This document shows, in pieces, positions 45,071 through 47,497 of a DNA stretch of 47,497 nucleotides. The stretch is from positions 1 through 47,497 of the forward strand of contig MEDY01000330.1 in NCBI GenBank assembly GCA_001724265.1, read 5' to 3'. Numbering within the stretch: position 1 is the stretch's first letter; every line of letters starts with the position of its first letter. Origin of the DNA: Rhizaria sp. SCN 62-66 (taxonomy: Eukaryota). The translations under genes and the position numbers were made by a program. The notes beneath the pieces are model-generated. The model was given only the letters and a program-made list of their open reading frames with translations, did not search any database and was not told the DNA's origin.

Positions 45071-47497
45071 TCACACAGGCATAAACTTCGAAAAAAACAT
45101 GTGCGATTGCGACCTGTACGAAGGGGTAGAGTTGCATTGTTGACCTGGCTGCGGAATGGCATGTGTCTCAAAGCACTGCAACACATTTTCATCAAAAGGA
45201 TGCGCACTATTATCGCTTGTTGACGCAGTTTCCCCCCTCACACACGACATCACACGCCCGACTGGCACCGCGCCGCGCAGAAAAGTGGCATCGCAAGGCT
45301 TGAACACGATAAACCACGGGGAATCAGCCGCCCCATCAATTACACACATTGTATCACGAGGCACAACTTCGCGAGGGTACATCAGCACTGTGCCAACTGG
45401 ATATGCCACGTTTGCGCTGGCAGCGGGCGCCGTGTACTCACCGCAAACAATGTCGGTATCAGGAAGCGTGATGGGTGACTTGGCACAGGAGGGGCCGCAG
45501 GCACGATGATGCAATGTGACAAACGGCAGACGCGTGCCTGGGGATCGACCTGAAGGAACAAAACATTGGTGCAATCGGCAACCCAAAGCCCCACCTTGAG
45601 CTGCAGTGCGGAAGTGCGCTGCGTTATGGGGGAACCGCTTGTCGTCAAGACGGATCACCATGCGATACTTTTCGGACGTTTTTTTGTTTGTGTCAGGTAA
45701 ATCAACTCGCATGACCACATCAGATGTTATGTGCTCTTTCCTCAACTTCTGCAGAGCAAATGCCAGGATGCGCTCGCGAGCCTTTGTTTGCAGTAGCGTG
45801 AGTGCCGCAGGAGGTGGGACTCCATGATCCCTTACAGGAGCGGGAGACGGCGTGTACGTAAATGATGCCACTTTTATTCGACGAGGGTACCCACACTCCT
45901 CCAGGCTGCAAGCAATGTGTGAATCAAATGCAGCCTCCCAATCACCAGACAGTACCACTGACTTCCACGGCGCTACTAAGGCCGCTTCTAAAGCTGCCCT
46001 TTCGGTGACTTTTGCTGCGCTTTCCGCAGCTGTCTTTGCAGCTGCTTCTGCATTTGCAGCCGCTGCAGCGGCGGCCTTTTCCGCAGCTTCTGCAGCCGCC
46101 TTTGCAGCAGTCTTTGCAGCAGCACTTTCATTCCTCAAAATCCAGTCTACCGGAACAGCTTCCTACAGCATATGCATCGCGCGGTTCTCATGGAAAACAT
46201 CTGGAAACGCAACAGCAACACGGACACACCATTTTGCATCCCTGAGCGCTGTCATCACTCCCTGCCCGTCTGTCACCTGTGCAAGGATAACAGCAGCGGT
46301 GTGCTTACTGACATCTGTAAGCAGCATTGAAGCGACAAGACCAGAGTTTTCGGTGTTGTTATCGTCAGACTGAGCTCCTCCGCTGCTCTTGCTGTCATTA
46401 TTGCGCAGCACTGTAAAAGTTGCACGGACAGTGCCAAACTCGCAGGTGTTTCCACTAGCATCGTCGCCACAGTCAACTAGATCAGAAGTCGCAGTGGTTT
46501 TCTCGCCAGTTTCCTTTGCTTCGAGATGATTGTCAATGCCATTTTCAACGTCGTCGCTGTCCCCAGTCTCAATAAGCTCAGTGACGGCCCTAGCACGTGA
46601 TCCGCAGGCGTCGTAGCTTGCTGCAAGCCTTGCTGACATAATGGTCGCTGTGACCTCACCGAGAAGCGCACATTTGCACTGAAAAAAAGGTGTTGCAGAT
46701 GTTGCAAGACTTGAAGGTGCGTCTGCGTTTGCATTGGATGGTTTGCCTTCAACAGATGCGCCCGTAACCACTCCATCTTTACTGTCTTGCAGTTGTGCCT
46801 GTTGAGACAAAAGCAACGGGGAAGCACCACAACCGCAGCCGCGGCGCACAGTGCACGTGAAACGCACGCCGCACAGCTCAACCGTGCCAATTTCAGCAAC
46901 GAAGCCGTCGCCCTTAGATGCAGAGAGCAAGTCGGCGAGCGCCAGATCGGCTTCGCACGTCACCTCACGCGGTACTAACCCAGCAGTCGCATCGGTGGTC
47001 GCTGCCTCAAACGCAGCACGTGCAGCAGCCCAGGGCGTGTCGGCAAGCGTATTATGGATCGCTTGCTCTTTTGATCCACTGTCTTCGAGGTTAACGTCTC
47101 CTGAGAAAAGCCAGACGGGCCGTGACGCTAGGAGCCGACCGAGACGTGTGATACTTGGCGCATCGGTGGCGCCAGTCATGCTCGCAAGTGAGTTTTGCGT
47201 CCGCGCTAGCGCTGCGACAAAAAGAGCCGCAGTTGCGATGCCAACGCTGACAGGGGAGCAAGTGCTTGGGATGGATACTGCGCTGTTGTGGCTGAGAGTG
47301 TGGTCAGCTTGGCGTCGGTCTGCGTGTGTAAGGCTTCAGTGAGTGCGATCTCATCCTTGAGCTGTTGCGCCAGTGTGGCAATGCGCGGGGTGAGTGTAGC
47401 AGCGTGAGAGCGTAGCTCAGCGTGTTTGGTTTTGACGCTGCGGATGGCGTGGTTATTGTGCTCACCGTTGATAAGTGCGCAGTGGCTGCAGACGACG
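45071..47497 (-). pseudogene. Damaged paralog of the B-box/MATH-like/cyclophilin-like gene at 7095..10164; 5' end lies outside the window
   Basis: Collinear homology from the B-box (VVCSHCALINGEHNNH) to the C-terminus. A 22-nt deletion at 47208/47209 (equivalent to 9167..9188) shifts the frame into a TAG and then a TGA. A second in-frame TAG at 46165..46163 replaces the paralog's GCG (Ala). Terminal TGA at 45071. Confidence 0.8.

Noticed and set aside
46163..46165. Using this TAG as strong stand-alone evidence of codon reassignment
   Set aside because: It lies in a copy that already has a frameshift and it aligns to Ala rather than Gln or Leu, so ordinary pseudogene decay explains it.
1..47497. 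Prokaryotic systems (CRISPR, operons, defence islands), rRNA/tRNA genes, transposons
   Set aside because: Spliceosomal introns and eukaryote-specific genes throughout; no regularly spaced repeats, tRNA cloverleafs, transposase or reverse-transcriptase motifs seen.

Overview
Gene-dense nuclear DNA from a GC-rich unicellular eukaryote. Exons are GC-rich and full of Ala/Ser/Gly low-complexity sequence; the short AT-rich spliceosomal introns (153-219 nt) mostly have GTAYG-type donors. I reconstructed 12 protein-coding genes and one damaged duplicate by hand. Recognisable genes are a TBC1D22/Gyp1-type Rab-GAP, ACMSD, histidine ammonia-lyase, an atypical prenylated Ras-superfamily GTPase and a large Sfi1-repeat-like protein; the rest are hypothetical. 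Two things stand out. (1) A local family of three genes shares a C-terminal ~290-aa module containing a degenerate cyclophilin-like fold. In two copies it is fused to a TRIM37-like B-box/coiled-coil/MATH-like region (a TRIMCyp-like architecture); in the third it is fused to ARM-like repeats. Differences between copies cluster in predicted loops. (2) In-frame TAG codons sit inside otherwise continuous coding regions, while none of the 13 gene models ends in TAG, which raises the possibility of UAG readthrough or reassignment. No rRNA, tRNA, CRISPR array or transposon was recognised. All domain calls come from motif reading by eye, not from database searches.
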